DNA of 25,429 bases from a virus (IMGVR_UViG_3300020044_004940:1-25429); one strand, 5' to 3'. Counted from the first letter of the stretch, positions 8,339 through 15,356 are shown. The notes: generated from the sequence alone by a model not told the origin. A program made the numbers and translations.

Positions 8339-9505
8339 ATGGCCGACTTCAATTCAGCCTATACTGGCGCTCAGATCGATGCAGCTATTGCCGAGGCCCA
8401 GACAGCAGTTCAGCCGGGAGATCTTGGCACAGCAGCCGCAGCAGACACAACGGATTTTGCCACGGCGGCACAGGGTGCGCTCGCAGATAGCGCAGTTCAG
8501 CCCGGAGACGACGCCGCAAACCTCGGTTCTGGCACCGCCACGGACGGATGGGTGCTAACCGCTGATGGTTCTGGCGGTGCAGCTTGGGAAGCGGCATCGG
8601 GCGGTGGTGGAACACCAGGCGGGTCTGACACGCAAGTGCAATTCAACGATGGCGGCGCGTTCGGTGGTGACAGCGGGTTCACGTTCAACAAGACAGCAAA
8701 AACGCTGACCCTTGGCGGTGCGACCATTACGACGAGCAGCCCCGTCATTGCGATGGCTCAAACATGGAACGCTGGCGCGGTCACATTTACTGGGTTGCGC
8801 CTTAACGTCACCGACACCGCCTCTGCCGCTGGCTCCCTGCTGATGGACTTGCAGGTGGGTGGCACAAGCCAGTTCAGCGTAAGCAAGGCCGGCATCGCTG
8901 CCGTAATCAGTGGGGGCGGATATGCATTTTCCACTGATGTCTTTCTCCGCCGCGACGCAGCCAACACCCTCGCCCAGCGCAACGGCGTGAACGCCCAAGC
9001 CTTCAACCTCTACAACACCTACACCGACGCCTCGAACTATGAGCGTGGGTTTATGCGGTGGTCGTCGAACGTCTTGCAGATTGGCAGCGACAAGCTGGGG
9101 ACGGGGACTGCGCGAGATATAGATTTTTTGACCAACGGTCTAGCAAGAGCGCGTATTACATCAGACGGTACGTTCCGATCTCTAACTGGCTATATCTACA
9201 ACATAACCACAGTGACCGGGATATGGTCTAGTGTTTCTGGTAATTCGTATTTTGGCACTGAGAGCAACCACCCCATTAGCTTTAGGACCAACAACGTAAA
9301 CCGCGTCACGTTGGACACAGTGGGTTCTATTCAGATTGTCACTGCCCTCACGGTAGCAACCCTTCCTAGCACCCCGCTGACTGGCATGATGGCCCGCGTC
9401 ACGGATGCCACAACCCCGGTTGTAGGCTCGACCGTAACTGGGGGTGGCGCTGCTGCTGCACTGTGCTGGTATAACGGCATTAACTGGACTGTCATTGGAG
9501 TATAA
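8339..9505 (+). CDS. Tail/head fibre (receptor-binding) protein
   Basis: N-terminal 'YTGAQIDAAI', repeated AVQPGD, 'GWVLTADGSGGAAW' and 'PGGSDTQVQFNDGGAFGG' fibre modules, and repeated 'F.TN...R.(I/T)' beta motifs. Confidence 0.8.
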   Translation: MADFNSAYTGAQIDAAIAEAQTAVQPGDLGTAAAADTTDFATAAQGALADSAVQPGDDAANLGSGTATDGWVLTADGSGGAAWEAASGGGGTPGGSDTQVQFNDGGAFGGDSGFTFNKTAKTLTLGGATITTSSPVIAMAQTWNAGAVTFTGLRLNVTDTASAAGSLLMDLQVGGTSQFSVSKAGIAAVISGGGYAFSTDVFLRRDAANTLAQRNGVNAQAFNLYNTYTDASNYERGFMRWSSNVLQIGSDKLGTGTARDIDFLTNGLARARITSDGTFRSLTGYIYNITTVTGIWSSVSGNSYFGTESNHPISFRTNNVNRVTLDTVGSIQIVTALTVATLPSTPLTGMMARVTDATTPVVGSTVTGGGAAAALCWYNGINWTVIGV

Positions 9506-9512
9506 CCCCGAT

Positions 9513-9671
9513 ATGATCACCCTCAACCTCACTGACCAAGAACTCCAAGCCCTCGCTGGGCTGCTGGACGCTGGTGTGAAGGCCCTTGGCCTCCGCGCCG
9601 TGAAGGATGCCGCAACGCTTCTCGACAAGCTCGAAGAAGCCACCAAGCCAAAGGATCAGACCGATGACTGA
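9513..9671 (+). CDS. Small fibre-associated protein
   Basis: MITLNLTDQELQALAGLLDAGVK..., 52 aa, immediately after the fibre gene with GGAG upstream. Confidence 0.7.
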   Translation: MITLNLTDQELQALAGLLDAGVKALGLRAVKDAATLLDKLEEATKPKDQTDD

Positions 9672-9867
9672 TTACACCGTCCAGATCGTTGCCAACTACG
9701 TGCAGCCGACCACCGAGATTGCCACTGACGAAGGTTATGTGGACATGGTGATGAACATGGCGGCGCTGTCCTACATGGCTCAGTACGGCGTGGCTACCCC
9801 GGAAGAGGGCATTGCTGCTGCCCGTGCTGCCTATAACGCTGGCCTTGCTCCTGTAGCCTCTGAGTAA
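9664..9867 (+). CDS. Small hypothetical protein (possible fibre chaperone)
   Basis: AAGGA RBS, ATG 9664 overlapping the previous gene; good codon use. Confidence 0.7.
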   Translation: MTDYTVQIVANYVQPTTEIATDEGYVDMVMNMAALSYMAQYGVATPEEGIAAARAAYNAGLAPVASE

Positions 9868-9871
9868 GCCC

Positions 9872-10246
9872 ATGAGGATCACCTGCGCCGCCCCCGAAGC
9901 CCTCGTCTATGCCAGCAATCAGCTTGCCATGTGCCTCGCCTATGGCCCAGCAGATGGGGAAACCTATGTCGGCCTGAACTGGGTGGACGCTGACGGCAAC
10001 CTCTACGCTGCCACGTCCTTCGAGGCGCGTGATGAGTGGATCATCGCGGCACAGGCACCCCTTGTGCGGCCTGCGTGGGATACAGACGAGATCATCGACA
10101 TGGTGGCCGCAGAAAGCGCGCAAGATGTCTTGGTATTTAGCACTGAGGCTGTGCTAGCGATCCCCGGTCAACTGACGGCTATCGGTGGACCGAACGGGCC
10201 GGATGCTCTAGCTTTGATGGAACTAACGGCGGTTGCGGAGGCTTAA
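9872..10246 (+). CDS. Hypothetical protein
   Basis: 124-aa ORF tiling the operon between fibre-associated and lysis genes. Confidence 0.75.
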   Translation: MRITCAAPEALVYASNQLAMCLAYGPADGETYVGLNWVDADGNLYAATSFEARDEWIIAAQAPLVRPAWDTDEIIDMVAAESAQDVLVFSTEAVLAIPGQLTAIGGPNGPDALALMELTAVAEA

Positions 10247-10247
10247 C

Positions 10248-10493
10248 GTGCAAGGTGATTTGACGTTGTTGGAAGTGGGCAAGGCCCTGATGCAGTGGGT
10301 GATCATCCCTGTTGGCGGCTTTGTCTGGCTGATGTATCGGACGCAGCAGGATCATGCCACCAAGCTGGCCGTGCTGGCCGCCGTGCATGATGCCAACAAG
10401 GAAGCGCATGACCGCGAATTCAAGGAGATGCGTGAGAACTTCAAGGCAGTCTTTGCCAAGCTGGACAACATCGAGCAGGCGCTGAGAAAATGA
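10248..10493 (+). CDS. Membrane-anchored coiled-coil protein (holin/antiholin-like)
   Basis: GGAGG RBS then GTG at 10248; one hydrophobic segment (WVIIPVGGFVWLM) plus a coiled coil; ATGA overlap with the endolysin. Confidence 0.65.
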   Translation: MQGDLTLLEVGKALMQWVIIPVGGFVWLMYRTQQDHATKLAVLAAVHDANKEAHDREFKEMRENFKAVFAKLDNIEQALRK

Positions 10494-10930
10494 GGCCACT
10501 GTCTGAGATCATCATTCACTGCACGGCAACGCGCCCTGATTGGTGGTCGAAGAAAAGCACTGCGCAGAAGGTGGCCGAGGTGCGGCGCTGGCATATGGTT
10601 GATCGCGGATGGGCCGACATAGGATACCACCTGCTTATTGACCGCAACGGCGTTACCGTAGAAGGCCGGCCGATTGAAAAGGTCGGCGCCCACACGCAGG
10701 GGCGCAACACCGGCACGATTGGCGTGGCCTTGTTTGGCGGGCATGGATCGGCTGCAACGGATCGCTTCCGTGACCACTTCACGCCGCAGCAGGACATGAG
10801 CCTGCGCATTCTCATCACGGCTCTGCGGGCCAAATATGGCGCTCTGGCGCTGTCTGGCCATAACCAATGGGCGGCGAAGGCTTGCCCAGGCTTCAATGTG
10901 CCGAACTGGCACGCCCAAAAGGAGACCTGA
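10490..10930 (+). CDS. Endolysin, N-acetylmuramoyl-L-alanine amidase (Amidase_2, T7 lysozyme-like)
   Basis: 'IIIHCTAT', 'RGWADIGYH', 'GAHTQGRN' and 'GHN...KACPGF' provide the His/His/Cys Zn ligands. Confidence 0.95.
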   Translation: MRPLSEIIIHCTATRPDWWSKKSTAQKVAEVRRWHMVDRGWADIGYHLLIDRNGVTVEGRPIEKVGAHTQGRNTGTIGVALFGGHGSAATDRFRDHFTPQQDMSLRILITALRAKYGALALSGHNQWAAKACPGFNVPNWHAQKET

Positions 10931-10931
10931 C

Positions 10932-11099
10932 ATGGATTCTGCACAGATCGGCGGCATTGTCCGCGCACTGGTTGCCGCTGTCGGCGGCTATTTCGTCGGC
11001 CAGGGGTTGGTTGACGCTGAGACTGTCACCACCATTGGCGGCGCCGTTGCCACTCTGGCAGTGGCTGTCTGGTCGATCTACGCCAAGCGCAAGGGATGA
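10932..11099 (+). CDS. Holin (55 aa, two transmembrane segments)
   Basis: AAGGAG RBS; two hydrophobic helices and a basic tail (KRKG); adjacent to the endolysin. Confidence 0.8.
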   Translation: MDSAQIGGIVRALVAAVGGYFVGQGLVDAETVTTIGGAVATLAVAVWSIYAKRKG

Positions 11100-11302
11100 G
11101 GGCTGCGGTTGCGGTCATCAGCCAGATCGTCTGGAAGTTTCTGACGCTGTGGCTTGTTCGCGCGGATGCGGTGGCGGATGCCAAGCGCAAGTCTGAGGTG
11201 AAGGCGCATGACAGGATCAACGATGCGGATCTGGGGATCGGTGCTGCTGATTTGGACAACCAGCGCTGGCTGCGTGACTTCCACGACAGACACCGCAATT
11301 GA
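11096..11302 (+). CDS. Putative inner-membrane spanin (Rz-like)
   Basis: ATGA overlap with the holin, N-terminal hydrophobic stretch and charged helical C-terminus; overlapped by a lipoprotein ORF. Confidence 0.6.
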   Translation: MRAAVAVISQIVWKFLTLWLVRADAVADAKRKSEVKAHDRINDADLGIGAADLDNQRWLRDFHDRHRN

Positions 11303-11420
11303 CCGGCTACGCGTCCCGGCAGCGGCCCATGCAGAGGCTTTGGCTGGTGATGACATGACCAAGGCGAGAGCCACTGGCAGGGCGCTCCTAGCCTCTCTGG
11401 CGGCCTATGCTCAATGGTAA
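11223..11420 (+). CDS. Putative outer-membrane lipoprotein spanin (Rz1-like)
   Basis: MRIWGSVLLIWTTSAG-C is a signal peptide with a lipobox-like SAGC; starts in the +1 frame inside the Rz-like gene. Confidence 0.6.
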   Translation: MRIWGSVLLIWTTSAGCVTSTTDTAIDRLRVPAAAHAEALAGDDMTKARATGRALLASLAAYAQW

Positions 11421-11542
11421 CCTTCGCGCGGCATGAAGGCGGGATCGGCGTCTGGCGGAATGGCAAGCTGGTCGCTGTCATTCCGCGCGATAAGCTGCAC
11501 GAATTGATCTACCTGGCGGCAAGCGAATTGCGGGGATCGTGA
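11414..11542 (+). CDS. 42-aa hypothetical protein (not in the ORF track)
   Basis: MVTFARHEGGIGVWRNGKLVAVIPRDKLHELIYLAASELRGS; overlaps the o-spanin stop. Confidence 0.5.
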   Translation: MVTFARHEGGIGVWRNGKLVAVIPRDKLHELIYLAASELRGS

Positions 11543-11551
11543 GAAGTCGTT

Positions 11552-11641
11552 GAGGGGCCAAAGGTTTCCATTAACCAGGCCGTGGCGAACAAGATTAGTT
11601 TCGACCAGACACCGAACCGTTTGGGTCAGATGCGGCCCCTC
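11552..11641 (-). ncRNA. Candidate ~90-nt structured small RNA
   Basis: Ends pair as an 8-bp stem (GAGGGGCC/GGCCCCTC) enclosing internal hairpins; begins ~7 nt downstream of a sigma70-like -10 element. Confidence 0.5.
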
Positions 11642-11648
11642 GTCTGTG

Positions 11649-11677
11649 TTTTTAGCGGGTGGTTGTGGTGGGGGCAA
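11649..11677 (-). promoter_or_regulatory. Sigma70-like promoter for the candidate sRNA
   Basis: Minus strand TTGCCC (11677-11672), 17-nt spacer, then (GC)TAAAAA (11654-11649). Confidence 0.55.
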
Positions 11678-11680
11678 GGG

Positions 11681-11869
11681 TCATTCCCGCCCCCCTTCGC
11701 GCTGATCGGTGTCACGGCGATACGCATAATCGATATGTTCCTCTACCGCGTCCCAAGCGTCTTGAACGGCGGGCGTGCCTTCGGCGCGGATGGCCTTTCG
11801 CAGCACCTCAACCTCCGCGATCATCTTCGGCACGTTGCGGTTGCCGTATTTTGCGGGCGTGCGGTCCAT
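11681..11869 (-). CDS. Hypothetical protein
   Basis: MDRTPAKYGNRN...; GAGGGGGAG RBS; coupled to the upstream stop. Confidence 0.7.
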   Translation of the reverse strand: MDRTPAKYGNRNVPKMIAEVEVLRKAIRAEGTPAVQDAWDAVEEHIDYAYRRDTDQREGGRE

Positions 11870-12108
11870 CACTCCCCCTCCCCGCGCTCGTCCAGCGCGC
11901 GCAGGATGGCGGCGTAACACTTGGCGGTTCCAGACCAAAACAGCCAAAAACCGACTATCTGAAAGCAGGCGTCAAAAATTGCGCCGCCAGTGTCGCCCGT
12001 TGCCATGTATCGCTCATAACCTGCCGCACCTTGAACCATCATCCAAAGGCCCCAGCACATTGAGGCAACGTCATACATCTGGCGACCTATCAGCCCCCGC
12101 AGCGTCAT
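11869..12108 (-). CDS. Hypothetical membrane protein
   Basis: MTLRGLIG...; GGAG RBS, ATGA overlap, two hydrophobic Trp-rich segments. Confidence 0.6.
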   Translation of the reverse strand: MTLRGLIGRQMYDVASMCWGLWMMVQGAAGYERYMATGDTGGAIFDACFQIVGFWLFWSGTAKCYAAILRALDERGEGE

Positions 12109-12344
12109 GGCTGTTTCTCCGTGATCAGGGCAGCGTCTAACCGCGCCACAGCTTCCCAATGGGCAACCGTGGTGTTTGCCGCCTTGTAAGCTGCCCAAGC
12201 GTCACCCGCATCTCTCAGCGCCTCGGCCCGCGCGTCGGCGGCGGGGATGGCGCGGATGGATGCTTGCGCGTTGCGACCGTAAATGTCACCCCAATCAAGG
12301 GCCTTCAGCGCATCCCCGCGCCGGATCAGATCGTCGTCACCCAT
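12105..12344 (-). CDS. Hypothetical protein
   Basis: 'DDLIRRGDAL' N-terminus, a pattern common in phage accessory genes; GGAGG RBS. Confidence 0.75.
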   Translation of the reverse strand: MGDDDLIRRGDALKALDWGDIYGRNAQASIRAIPAADARAEALRDAGDAWAAYKAANTTVAHWEAVARLDAALITEKQP

Positions 12345-12837
12345 CCTTGCCTCCTTCGCTGATGGCGGCGTTCACCGCTGTTTGCACCGATTTTGCGCAC
12401 GCTTCCAAGGCGGCAAGCCACACACCGGGCCTGTCGTCCGGCCACTGAGGGCCTTGGCAAACGGTTGTGCGCAGAACAGCCTTTGGCATGTCCGCCAGCG
12501 CCTCTTCCAACCGCGCCACCTTCCGTTCCAGTGCCGCGTAGTTTTCAGACCAGACGGCGATCTCCTTCTCGTGGGCCTTGGCGTCTTTGAGTGCCTTGGC
12601 CTCGGCGGCTTCGGCGCGGAGGATGTTTGTTGCGTTTTCTTGCAAATTCAGAAGCGCCAAGGCCTCATATTTGTCCCGCTCCGCCTCCAACTCACGGATG
12701 GCGGCGGCGGCTTGTTCCAGACGCTCGGCATTGGCTTCATGCAGCCGCTTTGCCAGTCGGGAAATGGCTTGGGTCGCGCCGTCCCGGTCGCGTCTGGCCA
12801 TGCGCTCAAGGTGTTCGCACATGTCGGCGTATTTCAT
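12337..12837 (-). CDS. Coiled-coil hypothetical protein
   Basis: AAGGAG RBS, ATGA overlap, heptad-rich sequence. Confidence 0.75.
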   Translation of the reverse strand: MKYADMCEHLERMARRDRDGATQAISRLAKRLHEANAERLEQAAAAIRELEAERDKYEALALLNLQENATNILRAEAAEAKALKDAKAHEKEIAVWSENYAALERKVARLEEALADMPKAVLRTTVCQGPQWPDDRPGVWLAALEACAKSVQTAVNAAISEGGKDG

Positions 12838-13589
12838 GGCGTCGGCTCCTTAATCTTTGCGAGGGCGGCGTCCAGTTCCTGCCACGCGGTATCAGCATAG
12901 TCCGGCATGTGGCGCATAACGCCCTTCGCCGCCTCAACCAGTTCCGCCATCACGTCAGGGGCGGGTTCATGACCAGACTCTCGCACAATTGCAGGAGCCA
13001 GCGCCCTGCACAGCGCATCCACGCCATACAAGTGGATGATCTGCTCCACGGTTGGCTTGGCGATTGTCCCGCGAAGCATGTTCTGGTGAACTGCAACTGG
13101 ATCAGCAAGGCCAAACTCAACGTTTAGCAGTTCGGATTTAGCGGCTTTGAGTTGCCTGATTGTTTCGTTGGACAAAGCCATCGCGTCATCACGTTCCTGC
13201 TTGGCCTCCACCAGTTCCGCTACCTTGGCTTCGGCGGCTTCAAGATTGGCTGACACGCCGCGCAGGGTGGCAAGCGTTACTTCGCGCAGTTTGTCCTGCT
13301 GACTGGCAGCAGACAGCGCCGCATCCCGTTCCTCCACCAGTTCCGCCACATCGACCACATCGATAGCGGCCATGATGCGGGCGGCGTAGTCGGCTTGCGC
13401 GGCGGCTTTGGCGGCTTCAAGGGTGGGGTAGGTTTTGCAATCTACGTTCAACCACCACCCATCATGCTTTTTGTGCGCGGCAATGGGCGCAAAACTGACG
13501 GGGCTTCGGGTTGAAAAGCATTCGCCTTTCCTGCGGTTCCCATCATTGGTTTCTCGCCACACCAGCGGCTTCACACGCGCATCACTCAT
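12834..13589 (-). CDS. Modular hypothetical protein
   Basis: 'VKPLVW...TLEAAKAAAQADYAARI' module followed by a coiled coil with three AELVE repeats. Confidence 0.75.
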   Translation of the reverse strand: MSDARVKPLVWRETNDGNRRKGECFSTRSPVSFAPIAAHKKHDGWWLNVDCKTYPTLEAAKAAAQADYAARIMAAIDVVDVAELVEERDAALSAASQQDKLREVTLATLRGVSANLEAAEAKVAELVEAKQERDDAMALSNETIRQLKAAKSELLNVEFGLADPVAVHQNMLRGTIAKPTVEQIIHLYGVDALCRALAPAIVRESGHEPAPDVMAELVEAAKGVMRHMPDYADTAWQELDAALAKIKEPTP

Positions 13590-13794
13590 CGCTGCCATCC
13601 CCATTGCTGTCGTCGCTCATGGAGTCAGAAGAAGCAGACCCCGAACCGTTGTGTCCACCATCAACTGCTCCGTCAGGATGATGAACCAAGAGAGAAGAAT
13701 GATCAGAGCGATCCATCTGCACATGGTGGTTTTCCTTTACGTAGATATGCGGGGCGCAGGCGGCGAGGGGGAGGATCAGGAGCAGGTGTTTCAT
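13582..13794 (-). CDS. Small lipoprotein
   Basis: MKHLLLILPLAA-C carries a canonical LAAC lipobox; His-rich then Ser/Gly/Asp-rich tail. Confidence 0.7.
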   Translation of the reverse strand: MKHLLLILPLAACAPHIYVKENHHVQMDRSDHSSLLVHHPDGAVDGGHNGSGSASSDSMSDDSNGDGSDE

Positions 13795-14006
13795 TCTGTC
13801 AATCCTTCGGGTCTGGGTTGCGGTCTGATGCTGCTCGACGGCACGTCTGTCTCCTCGCAGTTAATGCTGTGGTCATAGTCCAGCGTCTCGCTGACGGGGT
13901 TCAGCGCGGCCTCGCAGGATGCCAACGACTGATAGGCTATGGCGGTGGTTTCGGCATCCAGGTCAGTGCCGAGGATGGTGATCCACATTATGGTCCACCA
14001 AGTCAT
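13791..14006 (-). CDS. Hypothetical protein
   Basis: MTWWTIMWITILG..., 'Y.S...CEAA' plus a second Cys, ending 'SIRPQPRPEG'; GGAG RBS. Confidence 0.7.
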   Translation of the reverse strand: MTWWTIMWITILGTDLDAETTAIAYQSLASCEAALNPVSETLDYDHSINCEETDVPSSSIRPQPRPEGLTE

Positions 14007-14224
14007 CACGCATCTCCGCTCAAAAACGTGTTGAAGTCCTCGTCCTGCACGGTCGCACCCCGGCAGGTCGCCTTGCTGCGGACATTCGCTGAAAACAAAG
14101 CGTCGTCTTGGTGAAACTGACCACCCCAAGAAGACACTGCATCAGCAACATGCATGGCAATGTCATGCTGGTCTACGTGATCCAAGGTTTTGACCGATAC
14201 GGTCACTCGATAGACTGGCATCAC
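14006..14224 (-). CDS. Hypothetical protein
   Basis: 72-aa ORF coupled to both neighbours. Confidence 0.7.
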   Translation of the reverse strand: MMPVYRVTVSVKTLDHVDQHDIAMHVADAVSSWGGQFHQDDALFSANVRSKATCRGATVQDEDFNTFLSGDA

Positions 14225-14307
14225 ATCCCCCCCGGCGAAAGCATGATGTAGACCATGCTGGACATGGCGGCGGCGAAGATGATGCAGGCGAGGATTTCGC
14301 GGATCAT
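14221..14307 (-). CDS. 28-aa hydrophobic peptide (not in the ORF track)
   Basis: MIREILACIIFAAAMSSMVYIMLSPGGM; AAGGA RBS, with ATGA and GTGA overlaps at the two ends. Confidence 0.6.
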   Translation of the reverse strand: MIREILACIIFAAAMSSMVYIMLSPGGM

Positions 14308-14477
14308 TTATTCATTTCCTTCAGTGCGCGCTCTAGGATGATTTCCGCGCGGTTACGTCCAAAGCGCTCGGCCAAGATGCTGGCCAGCAATTCAGATATT
14401 TCGCTCGGCTCAAACTTGGCCAGAGCCATGCTTAACAGGCGCCGGTCTGCTGCTGCTGCGATTGCGCCACGGTTCAT
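14304..14477 (-). CDS. 57-aa hypothetical protein (not in the ORF track)
   Basis: MNRGAIAAAADRRLLSMALAKF...LKEMNK; AAGGAG RBS and ATGA overlaps at both ends. Confidence 0.7.
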   Translation of the reverse strand: MNRGAIAAAADRRLLSMALAKFEPSEISELLASILAERFGRNRAEIILERALKEMNK

Positions 14478-14725
14478 GCTTGTTGCTCCTTGATCTTGGC
14501 GAGGGCGGCACGACGATTCCAGAACTCAACCGCCTGCGCCTTTGTTCTATGGCCCATATGGCCCGACATATTCGTGATGCCGCAGCGTGGGCAATTGCAG
14601 AAGAATGCTTCGGTTATTGGCGATCCGTCATCCCAGGCAGTTTCTGCGCATGGCTTGGGATAGAAGACGTATCCCGTATCGCTGGCCTCGCCCCCGCAGA
14701 ACGGGCACGGCAGAAGATCACTCAT
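14474..14725 (-). CDS. Lar-family restriction alleviation-like Zn-finger protein
   Basis: 'LLPCPFCGGEA...CPRCG...AVEFWNRRA' family signature. Confidence 0.85.
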   Translation of the reverse strand: MSDLLPCPFCGGEASDTGYVFYPKPCAETAWDDGSPITEAFFCNCPRCGITNMSGHMGHRTKAQAVEFWNRRAALAKIKEQQA

Positions 14726-14913
14726 ACCGCACCTATCGCGGCTGTGATGGCTGCCGCAACGGCTGCGCCCGTGCCGCCTGGCAGGAACAGCGTGACGGTG
14801 TTGCCGTCTTTGTCTGACACCCTCACCGCGCTGAATGGGTTGCTGTAATCACCAGCGTCATGCTCAATGACAGATGCAGTGGCAGGTTTGTGCAGGTTTA
14901 CGCTGACGGTCAT
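14722..14913 (-). CDS. Hypothetical protein
   Basis: GAGGTGG RBS; ATGA overlaps. Confidence 0.7.
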   Translation of the reverse strand: MTVSVNLHKPATASVIEHDAGDYSNPFSAVRVSDKDGNTVTLFLPGGTGAAVAAAITAAIGAV

Positions 14914-15110
14914 GCGACCACCTCATACTCTGCCGGCAGGCGGCGGGTGATGTGGATCTCGTTGGCCTCATCGCGGCTGTGGGCGGTGATGATGCTCTGC
15001 GGGCCTGCGAAGTTGCGCGCCAGCACGATGGAATTCATCACGGCCATCGTGCGCCAGTAGCCGGCCCCGCGCGTGTCGGTCGAGTAGTCGGAGACAATGT
15101 AGTGGGTCAT
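14910..15110 (-). CDS. Hypothetical protein, first gene of the leftward accessory operon
   Basis: 66 aa, downstream of the leftward promoter candidate. Confidence 0.65.
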   Translation of the reverse strand: MTHYIVSDYSTDTRGAGYWRTMAVMNSIVLARNFAGPQSIITAHSRDEANEIHITRRLPAEYEVVA

Positions 15111-15144
15111 TGTGTTTCTCGGTGGTTAGCGTTTCTATGCCCCA

Positions 15145-15172
15145 ACCATACCACCCCCGCCGCATCGTGCAA
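15145..15172 (-). promoter_or_regulatory. Leftward sigma70-like promoter
   Basis: Minus strand TTGCAC-N16-TATGGT. Confidence 0.5.
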
Positions 15173-15186
15173 CACAAATATGTGGA

Positions 15187-15215
15187 TTGACCGCAGAAAA
15201 ATGCATGGTCATCAT
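15187..15215 (+). promoter_or_regulatory. Rightward sigma70-like promoter preceding an ORF-less structured region
   Basis: TTGACC (15187-92)-N17-CATCAT (15210-15). Confidence 0.5.
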
Positions 15216-15221
15216 CCGGCG

Positions 15222-15356
15222 AATTGGTGGCGCATTTCTGCGGTAGGTATCACGGCCCTTCGTCACAACAAGCTTGCATCCGTGCGCCACGGGCGGGGTA
15301 GCCTTCTTAGTAGCGGATGCCGGAAACGTGGGAGCGCCCCCTGCCAGAGTGGGGGC
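15222..15356 (+). ncRNA. Candidate structured RNA or long leader
   Basis: Stems GTGGCGCA/TGCGCCAC, GCATCCG/CGGATGC and GCCCCC/GGGGGC; no credible ORF. Confidence 0.4.

Noticed and set aside
8339-9505. Diversity-generating retroelement target in the fibre gene
   Set aside because: No template/variable repeat pair and no reverse transcriptase seen in the window.
11552-11641. Hammerhead ribozyme on the minus strand (CUGA...GAAAC in a three-stem arrangement)
   Set aside because: The core needs CUGANGA before stem II and NUH at the stem III/I junction. Here it reads CUGACCC, with the GA used in the stem, and the last junction is a long AUGGAAACCUUU.
15222-15356. tRNA or tmRNA
   Set aside because: No T-arm GTTCRA, no cloverleaf spacing and no tag reading frame.
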